A stretch of DNA of 64,000 nt from Octopus sinensis (Eukaryota). Location of the stretch: the NCBI RefSeq assembly GCF_006345805.1, contig NC_043009.1, positions 28,520,001 to 28,584,000 of the forward strand. Reading direction: 5' to 3'. This document shows positions 26,864 to 39,975 of the stretch, one piece after another. Each line of letters opens with the position of its first letter. The first letter of the stretch is position 1. The translations under genes were made by a program, and so were the position numbers. Below the pieces are notes generated by a model. It was not told the origin of the DNA. It did not search any database and saw only the letters and a program-made list of their open reading frames with translations.

Positions 26864-27151
26864 CAGTGGTTCCCAAAGTGGACAATACTGACCCTCTGGG
26901 GGTGGTGCAAAGATCCAATGGGGCACTGAAGTAAAGTGAGGGCAATAATGGGGCGGTCCCAAAAGAGCGATGGATGTAAAACCGCAAAATAACGGGGTTA
27001 ATATAGAAGTTAAGTTTTATTTGTGAAATATTGTTGTTTTGAAATTGTTACAGGAAGTGGTCTATATTTCTGGTGGTGAGTCGGGTGGGGTGATAGAAAT
27101 GTGGCCCTGATGCCAAGTGGGCGTCAACCTGAAAAAGGCTGGGAATCACTG
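26864..27151. mobile_element. hAT (Charlie-like) MITE
   Basis: TIRs CAGTGGTTCCCA / TGGGAATCACTG. 8-bp TSD GTTTAAAC (26856-26863) / ATTTAAAC (27152-27159). Confidence 0.85.
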
Positions 27152-28030
27152 ATTTAAACCATGGAATATCCACACGGACACTTCCTCGGTTCCTGCACAG
27201 ATTTGAACTCAGAAGCTGGAAAGAAGGATGACTAATTAATCATTGGTGGTGATTTTGTTTGTCATTTCAATATCTCTGTTGCTCCACCGCCCCCCTGTAG
27301 ATACATAATGATATTTCATGAGTTGGTTCAGCAGATATGTCTTGAGAGACATTTGACTATTGCAAATCAACATGATGCCATCTTGTTTTTGTATGGATGT
27401 CTGCTCTATTAAGATATGTGTCTTATATAAAGAGAGAGCATCTCCCTCTCCCTCCCTCTCTTTCTCTCTCTCCCTTTCCTTCGCTCTCCCCTTCTCCTCT
27501 TCCTTCTCCACCTGTCTCTCTCTCTTTCTCTCTCTCTCCAAGTTCATCTGTGAGAGAGTTACAAAATGCACATCTCAGTGATAATGATTACACTATAAAG
27601 TTGTGTGTGTGTATTTGCATATGCGTATGTGTGTTAGAATTCGAGTTTTACAGAATCTTCACAGCTTTTTAATACGAGAATATTAGATGACTGAAATAGT
27701 GGACATTTTGGCATGTTTACCAAAGTGGAGGTGATTCCTATTCTGTCACAGCTGCTTTGCAAAGACAATTAACTTGCGATAACCTTGACAAGCAAAATGT
27801 AAACAAATGCCAGCAAAGTTTATATTTCACTGTTGTAAATACTTTGGAAATTCAAACTCGGTGCGTGAATTCTTTCCATATCCAATTATATAACAACATA
27901 TAAATGAAGGTGCAGCTGTGTGGTAAAATGCTTATTTCCCAACCACAGGATTCTAGGTTCAATATCTTTTAGCATCGCTCTGGGCTGACCAAAGCTTTGT
28001 CAATGAATTTGGTTAACAGAAATTGAAAGA

Positions 28031-28430
28031 AGGCAGCAAGCTGGCAGAATCATTAGCATGCCGGGCGAAATGCTTAGCGGTTTTTTGTCTGCCGCTATGT
28101 TCTGAGCTCAAATTCTGACGAGGTCGACTTTGCCTTTCATCCTTTCGGAGTTGATTAAATAAATACCAGTCACGCACTAGGGTCGATATAATTGACTTAA
28201 TCCTTTTGTCCTCTCTGTGTTTAGCCCCTTGTGGGTAGTAAAGAAATAGGTATTTCGTCTGTCTTTACATTCTGAGTTCAAATTCCACCGAGGTCGACTT
28301 TGCCTTTCATCCTTTCAGGGTCAATAAATTAAGTACCAGTTACACACTGGGGTCGATGTAATCGACTTAATCCCTTTGTCTGTCCTTGCTTGTCCCCTCT
28401 ATGTTTAGCCCCTTGTGGACATAAAGAAAT
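28031..28430 (+). mobile_element. Two tandem family B copies inserted inside a family A SINE
   Basis: Family A sequence stops at ...AATTGAAAGAAG (~28030) and resumes at GAAACTGAAAGAAAGCCTG (~28432). Confidence 0.8.
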
Positions 28431-29726
28431 AAGAAACTGAAAGAAAGCCTGTTGTCTATATAAATATATATGTGTATAATGATAAAATTAAATTGATATA
28501 TAATTGAAAATTCAAGAATTTATTTATACTATAACATATGATATAAGAATTTCTAATTGGTATGTAATTGAATGGTTAACATTCATGCTCGTCATACATA
28601 AGCATTTGAATTAGTTTTTTACAATCCAGCTGTCCTTTCACATGGAATTTCATCTTTCATTAAACACTGCCTATGAAGAGACATATATAAGGGAATTGTT
28701 TATATATTAAAAAATGTATATAAGTCTGTGACACGTAAAAAGCATTATCTGGATATGATTGATGCCAGGCCTGCCTGACTGGTTTCTGTGCTGGTGGCAC
28801 GTAAAAAGCACTATCTGAACATGATCGATGCCAAGCCCGCCTGACTGACTCCTGTGCTGGTGGCATATAAAAAGCACCCACAACACTCTCAGAGTGGTTG
28901 GTGTTAGGAAGGGCATCCAGTTTTAGAAACATTGCTTGATCAGATTGGAGCCTGGTGCAGCCTTCTGGCTCTCCAGACCTCAGTCAAACTGTCCAACCCA
29001 TGCCAGCATGGAAAACAGACGTTAAACGATGATGATGATGATGAAGTCAAAACAAATTGTTGGTATTTAGATATTTTAATAATTGTTTATGCTATCTTAT
29101 ATTATGTATTATCATATTCATAGTATATTATCTAATATTATAATATAAATATATTATTGGATTGTCAATTATATCTCTCTACTTAATTTTATCTTTGTAA
29201 TTTGCATTATATCAATATTTATATGTTATCCAACTGACGTACCAGTGAATTGGAAGCTTCACACACCCATCTGAAAAGAAGTCTTTACCTTAGTATGTTC
29301 ATTTATATATGTATATATATTTCTGTGTGTCTTTTTATTTGTGTTTGTTCCCCACCACTGCTTAACAACTGCTGTTGGTTTGTTGATGTCCTTGTAAGTT
29401 AGCAGTTCAGGTAAAAGATACTGATAGAATAAGTACCAAGCTTTACAAATATGTACTGGGGTCAATTTGTTTGATCAAAATCCTTCAAAGCAGTGTCCCA
29501 GTATGGCTGCCATCCAATGACTGAAACAAGTAAAAGATAGATATTTCTTAGCATTTGATGCCAAAGGAGTCGAGGCAAGAATGAGTAGATCTGTTGTCTT
29601 AAAGAGAGACTATTTAGAAAAGAATCACTAACTAAAGATCTCAGACTCTTTTATGTTACTCAAACATATTTTTGCTTTATCAGTTTCTCAAGTTATTTCT
29701 GATTTCATCTCTGTGTTTGTTTGAAC

Positions 29727-30732
29727 CTGTGGTTCTTAGCCATTTTTTATCTATGGACCTCTTTGATGACTATCCTATTCTGGTGTACCCCCATAGCCAT
29801 TCAATGTTTCAACACAAGTTTCACATACTTCTTTCAAAATTCTTATTTTGTTTTTCACTTGTTAACTTCTGTAGTTTGAACTTTATAAAATGTTAGAGAA
29901 AGAAACCTAAAACTTCCTTGCAATAAATATATCTAAAACAAAATTTTCCCATGGACCCCTAAAATACAACTGTTTACTATAAACAGTTATAGTAAAAAGT
30001 AAAGATTGTTTGCCAACATAACATGGCAGTCCTGGTTTAGGATGAATGTTACTGTAATTTAGCCTCAAGAGACATCGTCTCCAGCTGGCTATAAGACACG
30101 ATCTGTGTCCTTATGTTTTCAAACAAGGGAATCTAACACCACCACCCAGCACAAAACAATATCTGTGCATTGCGATTTCAGGATTATTTCTCTTCATTAT
30201 TCGGCTAGAGGTGGCGCTGCCAAATTCCCATTCGAAATATATAGTTTTCAAAGTGACAACTAGTCACCGATCTATAAATTAAAAAATTACTATTTGTAAA
30301 TCTCACAAACCACGATACACAGATATTGTTTTGAGCTGGGTGGGGGTGCTAGATTCCCTTATTCGAAAACATAAGGACACAGATCGTGTCTTATAGCCAG
30401 CTGGAGACGATGTCTCCTGAGGCTAAATTACAGTAACATTTGTCTTAAACCAGGACTGCCATGTTATGTTAGCAAACAATATTTACTTCAAAGTACTTTT
30501 GCTGAATATCTCTCATTGTGAGATTTAGATAGATTACAAAGAGTAATTTTTTAACTTCTGTAGTTTGAACTATATAAAATGTTAGAGAAAGGAACTTAGA
30601 ACTTTCTTGCAATAAATACATCTAAAACAAAATTTTCCCATGGACCCCTAAAATACAACTGTTTACTATTTTGCTTGCATGGCTTCTACAAAATACTCAA
30701 GGGATCATATGAATCCTGTTTGAGAATCACTG
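29727..30732. mobile_element. hAT-like MITE carrying an internal foldback insertion
   Basis: Ends CTGTGGTTCTTAG / TGAGAATCACTG. TSD-like GTTTGAAC (29719-29726) / ATTTAAAC (30733-30740). Confidence 0.6.
29997..30488. mobile_element. Foldback element with ~171-bp inverted arms and a 150-bp spacer
   Basis: Arm 29997-30167 is the near-exact reverse complement of 30318-30488. Confidence 0.92.
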
Positions 30733-31079
30733 ATTTAAACATACAAACATCATTGTTCTTGAAGTGATCCATGAAAGATATCCAATATATGTAAAATAAT
30801 TAAAACTTACAGAAAATATATTTTGCTTGCTCATTTTACATGTGGAGGCTCTACCTGCCACCAACCTTAACTTGCTTCTAAGTAAAGTAATATTTCCTCA
30901 TGGTCATTGAAGACTGGAAACAAACATCATTTGTATGGCAATGATGTTAATTTATAATCATCACCTGATGTGGAGGCAAGACGACACACAAACACAGGCA
31001 TACACATTCATTTGGCTATAAAGATATTCAAGTATATCAATGTATATCTGTGTTCTGTGTGTGTTTGTGTGTGAATGTT

Positions 31080-31266
31080 GTCATGATAGATCGTTAGCCA
31101 CTACACACATTTTTTCTTTCCTTGTTTTTTCTGTGTCCCTTTCTGTAGAAGAGCATAGGCTTGAAACATAAAAGACTTTTTCTATTCTTGAGCGTTATAC
31201 AAATACATCTGTTTGTTTTGTACACCACCTGTCTTTGTCTTTTGTTTTTTTTCGTAAACTCTCCCT
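31080..31266 (+). mobile_element. Short Penelope-terminal-repeat-like element with a hammerhead-like motif (CUGUAGA core)
   Basis: CTTT-CTGTAGA-A-GAGC-ATAG-GCTT-GAAA-CA-TA-AAAG at 31139-31174. A related copy lies at 39555-39725. It is followed by (TA)n. Confidence 0.55.
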
Positions 31267-32649
31267 ATATATATATATATATATGTTGCTTATTTTGATT
31301 ATATATATATATATATATGAATGAGAAAATAGAAAAAAATTGATGTACAGGTGTTATTTATATAAAGACATTCAAAATTCATGTAGAGAATTTTTTCCCT
31401 ACAGCTGTTTCCACACCTAATGAATTCAATTACAGAAATAAATTCAAATTCCTATATTTGAAACCAGTCAATTGGGTATTTATTCCCTTAGGGAGAATTT
31501 CCAAAAGGAAGTTACATTTCGACATGTTGGCTAACCTACGACAATCTCAGATGTGTGTGTTTTCTTGAATGCAGGGATTCCAGGATACTTGCATCCCTTA
31601 AGGGACTTTAGTTCCTTGGCTAAATAAAGTAAAATTATATGTGTGTGTGTGTGCCATGTTAAAATCATCCAGTCAACGCTGTAACATGGTTGGCATTTGG
31701 AAGGCATCCTGCAGTAAAAATCATGCCAAACCTAACCTCACCCGTGCAAGTGCCATTAAAAAAGCACTGGGTCTACTCTGCAGAGTCGTTGGTGTTAGGA
31801 AGGGCATCTGCCAAAACACACACAGTAACCTAGGGTAGTTTTTCTATCTGGCCGGCTCCTGTCAACTGTCCTACCCATTCATGCATGGAACATGGATGTT
31901 AAACAATGATGACGACGATGATGATGATAATGATGATGATGATGATGATGATATATATATATATATATACGTGCACAAATTTATGGTAGTGTTTTCATCT
32001 TCCTTAGAGTTGCAGGAAGTGGAATTGAACCTAAAAAGATGCAGTTAGAAAGAGAATCACACATCCATGCTTCTTCTTAGACACACACACATTTGCACAC
32101 ACACTTGCATGTGCACACACACACACGCACACACACACATGCACACACACACATATATGCACAAATACATACGTACACTCGCATAGTGAAAGGTGGCTCA
32201 TCAGACATTCATAGTGGAAGTGGTTAAGAGAGGGAGAGATCAACAGTGAGAGAGAGAGAGGGAAAATGATAGAAAGCTTAGAGAGAGAGAAACAGTTAGA
32301 AAAAGAAAGACAGAAGGAGAGAGATAGAAAAAGTGTTTAATGGATTCATTGAGACAGATAATTCCATAAAGCTACATGGTGACATATTTCTGTCTACATT
32401 GTAGTGTGTCTCAAGTGACATACCTATATTTGTTTATATACACACACATACACACACACGCACACATATATATATATATACATGTACACACACACGGATA
32501 TATATATTTATATGTAAGTATATAAATATATATATATACATATATACATATACATACACACACATATATATCTACATGCATGCATTCATACATATACAAA
32601 TACATATATATATATGAATATATATATATAAATATATATATACATACAA

Positions 32650-32720
32650 ATATATACACTTATATAAATATATGCATGTAAATATATGGGTATATATACA
32701 TTCATACATATGTGCATATA

Positions 32721-32764
<44 letters not shown>

Positions 32765-33005
32765 CTTATATAAATATATTTGTAAATATATGTGTGTGTG
32801 TGTGTATGAATCTATACCACACTCGTGCACTAATATATATACTTATATAAATATATGCATGTAAATATATGGGTATATATACATTCATACATATGTGCAT
32901 ATATATATGTGTATATATATATATATATATATGTATGCTTATATAAATATATTTGTAAATATATGTGTGTGTGTGTGTATGAATCTATGACCACACTCGT
33001 GCACC
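32650..33005. repeat. ~180-bp tandem duplication of TA-rich sequence
   Basis: The unit ...AAATATATGGGTATATATACATTC...GAATCTAT(A/G)(A)CCACACTCGTGCAC occurs twice. Confidence 0.85.
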
Positions 33006-33273
33006 AATATATATACTTATACACACAAACACACACACACACACTGTGTATATATTATAGTACCAATTCACTATGAAGTCATTGATACATATCTATATGA
33101 GAAAACTGTTTGATATAAATTGCTAAACATGAAGCTTTGAATCAACAGAAAATAGAAAAAGATGAAATAAAGGCTTTTTTTTTTCTATTATCTCTGACAT
33201 AAAATAATTAAGTTGCATATCACTACTGTTCTTTCTTTCTTTCTGTCTTTCTTTCTTTCTCTCTTTCTTTCCT

Positions 33274-33341
<68 letters not shown>

Positions 33342-33679
33342 TCGGTTTCATGCGACCATGCAGTCTTACACTCGAGAGACCACGAGAAGTTGTATTCATG
33401 CTTCCCTCAATTTCAATTTATTCGATCATGCAAGTTTATAGAGCTTGTAATCACGCAATCATATTGTGTTCTGACAGCGCCGAGAAGAAGCCGAAGCGAC
33501 ATGCTGCTGCATACAAAAACAGGAGCAAAATGGCTGGCTAATATTTGCAGTGTCCATGTAAAAATTTCCACAAAATTACTAAGTTATCACTTTTAGGATT
33601 TTATAGGCTCTCACCTACTCTACTTTATAAAAATTGCTCTTGTATTCATGATGTTCTATTGTTTATATATACATACATA

Positions 33680-33713
<34 letters not shown>

Positions 33714-33798
33714 CTGTGTGTATATATATACATATATATACCTATATATATATGTATGTGCATATGAAAGTACATACATATATATGTGTGTGTATATT

Positions 33799-33840
<42 letters not shown>

Positions 33841-33974
33841 TTTATATAAATAGTATGCATGTATATATATATGTATTTATGTGTATGTACATATATATAT
33901 ACTTACATATACACATATCTATCTCTCTATGTACCTACTTTCTATTTATTTATCTCTCACACTCTCTCTTTCTT

Positions 33975-34058
<84 letters not shown>

Positions 34059-35274
34059 TATATATGTGTGTGTGTGTATAGATAGATAGATACATAGATA
34101 GATGGATAGAGAGATAGTAACAATTGGTTTTTGTCAATAGTGTGTGTTCTATGTTTCTGTTTGGTCACTCACTTGTTTATTGCCTTTCTGTATTCTTTCA
34201 GACACCTATCCTCCACACCTGCCCACCCACCACCTGCATCAATATGGCCTTTCTTTTTATATTTATTTATTGTTGTTGCATAGTTAAGTGGGAGGCACAA
34301 CACAAATTGTTCTTATCATCAACTTTTGCTTCAGGGCTAACATTATATTTTTAATTGTTCGGAACGCTTCTTAGTCTCACAAAATAGCAACCCAAGATTG
34401 CCAAGCCATTAGTTGTTTGATTAATTTGAGATACCTGATTCTAACTAAAGCACATTGACCAGAAATTTGAGGGGAGGGGGACTAAAGCAACACTGTCCTT
34501 TCCAGTTCTTAACCGGTGCCTTTTCCTATTGATCCCAGAAGAATAAAAAGCAAAATTTATCTTTGCAGGATTTGAACTCAGAATATAAAACGTTGGAAGA
34601 GATACTACAAGTCATTTTATCTGACATTCCCTTCCATTGGTCAGTTGAAGCTTAGATGGTATCATGTGACAGTTAGCTGGTACTAGCTGCTGGAGCCTAC
34701 TGATGAGTATTTAAAGGGAAATTTAGCATGATGGTCATCCATCTGTTGATGCTGCATTGAAGAAAGAACAAAAGGCCTGAGAAAAAAAGGGGGAAGGAAC
34801 AAGAGCTGAAGACACCTCTGAAAGTGGGGTCCCCACCTTGTTGAAAACGGTTGAAGAGTAGGGGCTGAAACTGGATGTGGTTCCTCCTTATGATATCTTT
34901 AGCCAATGGATCCTATAAAGAAGCTGCTGAGGTGGCAAACCACGAAATGTTGTTAGAATTCCCCAATTCTGGCAATCAAGGGTCCTTCATATTGAAGATG
35001 ATGGTTTTAAATTTTGGTATAAGACCAGCAGTTGTTGAGGTTTGAGGTAACTCAATTGCATTCACCTTGAGTAATCGACCAGTACACATTATATTGACCC
35101 TGAATAGATGGAAGGCAAAGTCAAGCTCAGTGGAATTTGAACTCAGAATGTACCGATAGACAAAATGCTGCTAAGCAGTTTGTCCAGCATGCTAACAGTT
35201 CTGCCAACTCATAGCTTTTGTCATACGAGAAATGATAGGAAGATTTTGTATTCTTTTCTTTTTTCTTTTATTAA

Positions 35275-35464
35275 CTTCAGTTAATGACTGCAGCCATGCT
35301 GGAGCACTGCCTTTAGTTGAACAAATCGACCCCAGGACTTATTCTTTGTAAGCCCAGTACTTATTCTATCGGCCTCTTTTACCAAACTGCTAAGTTATGG
35401 GGATATAGATACACCAGCATTAGTTGTCAAGCAATGGTGGGGGGGGGGACAAACACAGACACAC

Positions 35465-35510
<46 letters not shown>

Positions 35511-35672
35511 CGGGCTTCTTTCAGTTTCTGGCTATCAAATTCACTCACAATGCTTTCGTGAGCCTGTGGCTATAGTAGAAGACACTTGCCCAAGGTGCTG
35601 CACAGTGGGACTGAACCTGGAACCTTGTGATTGAGAAGCAAGCTACTTACCACACAGCCACTCCTGTGCCTA
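35275..35672 (-). mobile_element. Full-length SINE family A copy
   Basis: Reverse complement of 4407-4845. Confidence 0.9.
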
Positions 35673-37661
35673 TAAAACAAAATAGTCGTTTCTACTATAA
35701 TTACAATTTGAGGGGAGGGGGATAGTCAATTACATCAACCCCAGTACTTAACTGATATTTATACTATCAACCCCGAAAGGATGAAAGGCAAATCGACCTC
35801 AGCAGAATTTGAACTCAGAATGTACAGACAGACAAAATACTGTGAAGCATTTTGCCTGGTGTGCTAACCATTCTGCCAGCTTGCTGCCTTGCATGGAAAG
35901 GAAAGTAATGAAATTTTCCATAGGTACTTGTTTAGAAATTTAGAGAAGAGAAATTGCCAATTTTGATAATCTAGTTCTTGATAGATGCTTTATGTTATCA
36001 GCCCTAGAATGAAGAAAAGCAAAGTTGCCCTTGACAGGATATGAACTCAGAAGATAAGAACTTCTAATAAACACCACATAATGATTAGCGATATTACAGT
36101 GGGACTCATCAGCTATCTAGACTGGAACATGTGCAAAGTTATCTCCCATATTTCCCGAAATAAAATACCATAAATCATTAAAGTAAGAGTGTCTTTTCCC
36201 CACCACATAAATATTTTTCTAACTAGAATTTGGCAGACGCTGTATTAAATATTTTGACTTTTGGTTATTCTTCAGTGGGAACTTTCTCTCCGTGTATTAC
36301 ATATGCATAGGATTACAAGCATTAATGCCAATCACCACATCCTTATTCTCATGAAAAGTAGGAAGGATTTAAATGGTCATAATTATTACACTAACACACA
36401 TTTTAAATTGGTTAATGAAGAAATGAGTAATGAAAAAATGAGTGGTTGGTTCATATTAAATTTTTCCCTCTCTTTTTTTCTCTCGCTTCAAATGTGATAA
36501 TTTACAGATGTTAGTAACCATGGATATTCATGCAAAAACCTGTACTTCCATGGTTTTTCCTGTGAATTATAGAGCCTTCTGCTGGTATAATTCTCTCTTT
36601 GTTCTCAGTTCAAATTTTACCAATAAAGAATTCTAGGGTGAGGTATTGGCAAAGCCATCATTGCTGTCATCATTGCTGTGGTCATCGTCGGTCATCATCA
36701 TCATCATCACTGCCACTGCCATGGCTTTCTTCATCATTGAAGTCATCGCCATTATTGTCATTGTTATCACCACCACCACCACCACCACCATCATCACCAT
36801 CACCATCACCACCAAAAGCATCACCACCACCACCACCACCGCCACCACCATCATCATCATCATCATCATCATCATTCCTGTCATCACCAGTATCATTATC
36901 CATAGCAATAACATAATTGTACTCTTCCTTATCATTGTTATTGTTGTCAGCATTATCATAAAAAATAAAGACAGACAGACAGACGGACAGACAGAGATAG
37001 ATAATATAATCTTCTCCATGTGTCTCAAAGAGGTTTTAACGACCAGTAAATAAGCTTCATTTCTGAGGCATTGACTGACTCATAAAAACAGCTTCTTATC
37101 CAGGTTTGTCCCTCTATAAGATAACCATTTGCTGATTGTCTGTTACCTATATACACCCCCTCAAAATGAAAAAAATCCCAAAAACTACAACCCCCCCCCC
37201 CACAAAAAAATGAGTTGGAATAACACAGAACTGGTTACTATGTCTAAATTCCAAACTAAACCTCTTTCAGTAGTTCCCCCTTCTGCCTATAAACTGGTTT
37301 TTTACACAGTCTGTCTCTTCAACCATATCTCAACAATATTCAGAATGTTGTGTAAATAAAAAAAAAAAAGAAAATAATAGGTTAATAAACTGATCAGTCC
37401 AAACTAGTAACATTAATAGCCATTTTTTTTCTTTTCTTTCCTTCCTATTATCCAATTTATTTTTTTCTCTTATTTTCCAAGGGATAATTTTTTTTGTTTC
37501 TGACAAAAATAACATTAGAGTAAGATTTCCTTATGTATCCAATTATTGCTTGTTATTTTATTATTTTATTGTTGCCCGTCATAGGAGACATTGTTTACCA
37601 AAGTGTCAGCAGTAATAACGACTGAATTAACAGAACGATAAAGTATTTAACTTCATTTTAC

Positions 37662-37779
37662 CTTGTGGCCGGCTTATCTTGCTGCTGTTAGTGTTCAAGT
37701 TCGTTAATATTGATTTAAAAATATCCAGTACTGTATCAAAACTTGAGCCTGTAGAACCACTGATGTGAAATTGACTCAT
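37662..37779 (-). CDS. Candidate first coding exon of an unknown gene (MSQFHISGSTGSSFDTVLDIFKSILTNLNTNSSKISRPQ/G)
   Basis: ATG in AGCATGA context, an upstream in-frame stop, an open frame to the donor CAAG|GTAAAA, and non-repetitive sequence. No homology recognised. Confidence 0.2.
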
Positions 37780-38112
37780 GCTTGAAGCTGACTTCCCAGA
37801 GGAGAAGAATTTCTTGCCATTTCATGTCAAATCTGTGAATATTTTGACTTGCACACTTCTTTGATTTCTTTTCCAATAGTTTTCATGAAATTCTGTTTGA
37901 ATCTCCATCTCTGCTTCAGGAATTTGATAATGCTAACATTTATAAAAGTCACTTGGTGCTTGTGGAATGTACTGGATAAATTCAAGAATACTATAGTTTA
38001 AGTTTTGGTTTTCTTTTAGCTTCAGCATTTAACATTTTGAAGTTCTAGTTTCTAACTACACTTTAAAGAATACTTTTGAAAATCTTTTATCAATGACTTG
38101 TTTCTACATCGA

Positions 38113-38790
38113 CGTGGTCAGATCAATAAGTATCCGGACTGATGCCATAGCAACGAAGCTAAAGCATGCAGAGTAAAGCTGTTTGGCACAGATTGACCTT
38201 AAACCCAGCTGTGCATGTGCACTAAGTTTTAACATTCTGGCTCACTTTTGTTGTTTACGGCAGTGCTTGGAAGGAATGTGTGTAGTGTGGGATCATCACA
38301 TTGACCATGACAGAAAAAGTTGAGCGGAGAATCTGCATCAAATTTTGCCAAAAGTTTGACTATACATACTCAGAAGCCAATGCAAAGTTTTCAAAAAGTT
38401 TTCATTGTTCTCAACACAATCAAAGAGTTCTTGTGCAACTGAAAACCAAGTGTCCTTTTGGTCAGCTGAAAGCAGATTTTGCACTAACTTGGCAGGTGTA
38501 TATCTCATACCCAAATCTTCAGTGATAATGGACTGAACTGAGCCGTAACTATTCTGCACATCCTCTGATAACTCATGGATGGTGATCCGACGATTTCCCC
38601 TCACAGCTGCACGCACATCTGTGAAGTTTTTCTCAGTTCTGCTGGTTGCGGGTCTTCAAGAACGTTCATCACTATTGGCCATCTTGGTAACATGTGAAAC
38701 ACTCGTACACTTGTATGTGGCTCATACACTCTTCTCCATACACTTTCTGCAACTTTGCATAGGCCTCTGAGTAGGTATCACCATGACAAC
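38113..38790. mobile_element. Rearranged mariner transposon relic (5' TIR plus transposase N-terminus, with an internal inversion)
   Basis: TIR-like CGTGGTCAGATCAATAAGTATCCGGAC. Plus strand: MTEKVERRICIKFCQK. Minus strand: LQKVYGEECMSH..VYE and RRITIHELSE...IITEDLGMR..AKLVQNLLSADQK...ENFLK (HTH and WVPRLL-type linker). Confidence 0.88.
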
Positions 38791-38825
38791 TATCAATGTA
38801 TAGACAATTATAAAAGAAAATGTAC

Positions 38826-39205
38826 AGGTGTGGCTTGTGTGGTAAGAAGCTTGCTTCCCAACCACATGCTCCCGGGTTCAGTCCCACTGTATGACATCCT
38901 GGGAAAATATCTTCTGCTATAGCTTTGGGCCAAGTAAAGCCTTGTGTGTGGATTTGGTAGACGGAAACTGAAAGAAGCCTGTCATATATATGTACATGTG
39001 TGTGTGCATTTGTGTGTCCGTGTTTGTTCCCTCACCATTGCTTGACAATCGATATTGGTGTGTTTATGTCCCTGTAACTTAGCAGTTCAGCAAAAGCGAC
39101 CGATAGAACAAGTACTAAGAATAAGTTCCAGGTTCAATTTGTTCAACTAGCAGTGGCACTCCAGCTTGGTCACAGGGAAATTACTGAAACCAGTAAAAGA
39201 ATATA
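38826..39205 (+). mobile_element. Full-length SINE family A copy
   Basis: Collinear with 4407-4845. Confidence 0.9.
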
Positions 39206-39284
39206 AGAAAAATAGAAAAATTTCTACACAGATTTTTCTACAGAAAAAGCATTTCTCTTTCATAAGACTGGTATTTATTTTATT

Positions 39285-39788
39285 AGTCTCTTTAGCCAAA
39301 CTGCTAAGTTATGGAGATGAAAACACACCAACTCTGGTTGTCAAGTAGTGGTGAGGGACACAGATGTAAAGACACACATACACGCATATATGTATATGTG
39401 TGTGTATATATATATATTGTGTGGTTGTATTTATGTATATATGTAAATATATGTATATATGTATGTATATGTATATGTGTAAATATATGTATATATGTAT
39501 ATATATGTATGTATGTATATGTGTGTGCATATATATGTGTGTGTGTATATATATTCTCCCCCATTTTATTCTCTCTCTGTCTATTTCCTCGTGTTCCTTC
39601 CTGTTGAAGAGCATAGGCTCAAAATGTAAAAGTCTTTCTCACTTTCCTGAGCATCAAAATAATACACTTGCTTGTTGTTTATACATCTGTTTTTGTCTTT
39701 TGTTTTTTTGTAAATTTCAACTTTATATAGTGTGCATGTGTGTGTGTGTGTATGTGTGTGAGTGTGTATATATGTGTGTGTGTGTGTA

Positions 39789-39821
<33 letters not shown>

Positions 39822-39975
39822 GAATGGTGGCTTCTTTCAATTTCTGTCTACCAAAACCACTCACTAGGCTTTGTGAGGATAAGTTAAAAAGCATTCACTC
39901 AAAGTGCCACACAGCAGGACTGAACCTGGAGCCATTTGGTTGGGAACCAAGCTCCTTACCACACAGCCATGCCTG
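39285..39975 (-). mobile_element. Family A SINE split by a TA/TG array and the hammerhead-like element at 39555-39725
   Basis: The 5' head lies at 39822-39975 and the 3' part at 39285-39375. Confidence 0.75.

Noticed and set aside
30205-30225. CTCF-like motif in the foldback spacer
   Set aside because: Only the 3' half of the consensus matches.
34700-34725. CTGATGA hammerhead candidate
   Set aside because: No stem II and no properly placed GAAA or UH site.
34727-35000. Protein-looking frame with stops
   Set aside because: Four stops in ~90 codons is about chance level, and there is no recognisable motif.
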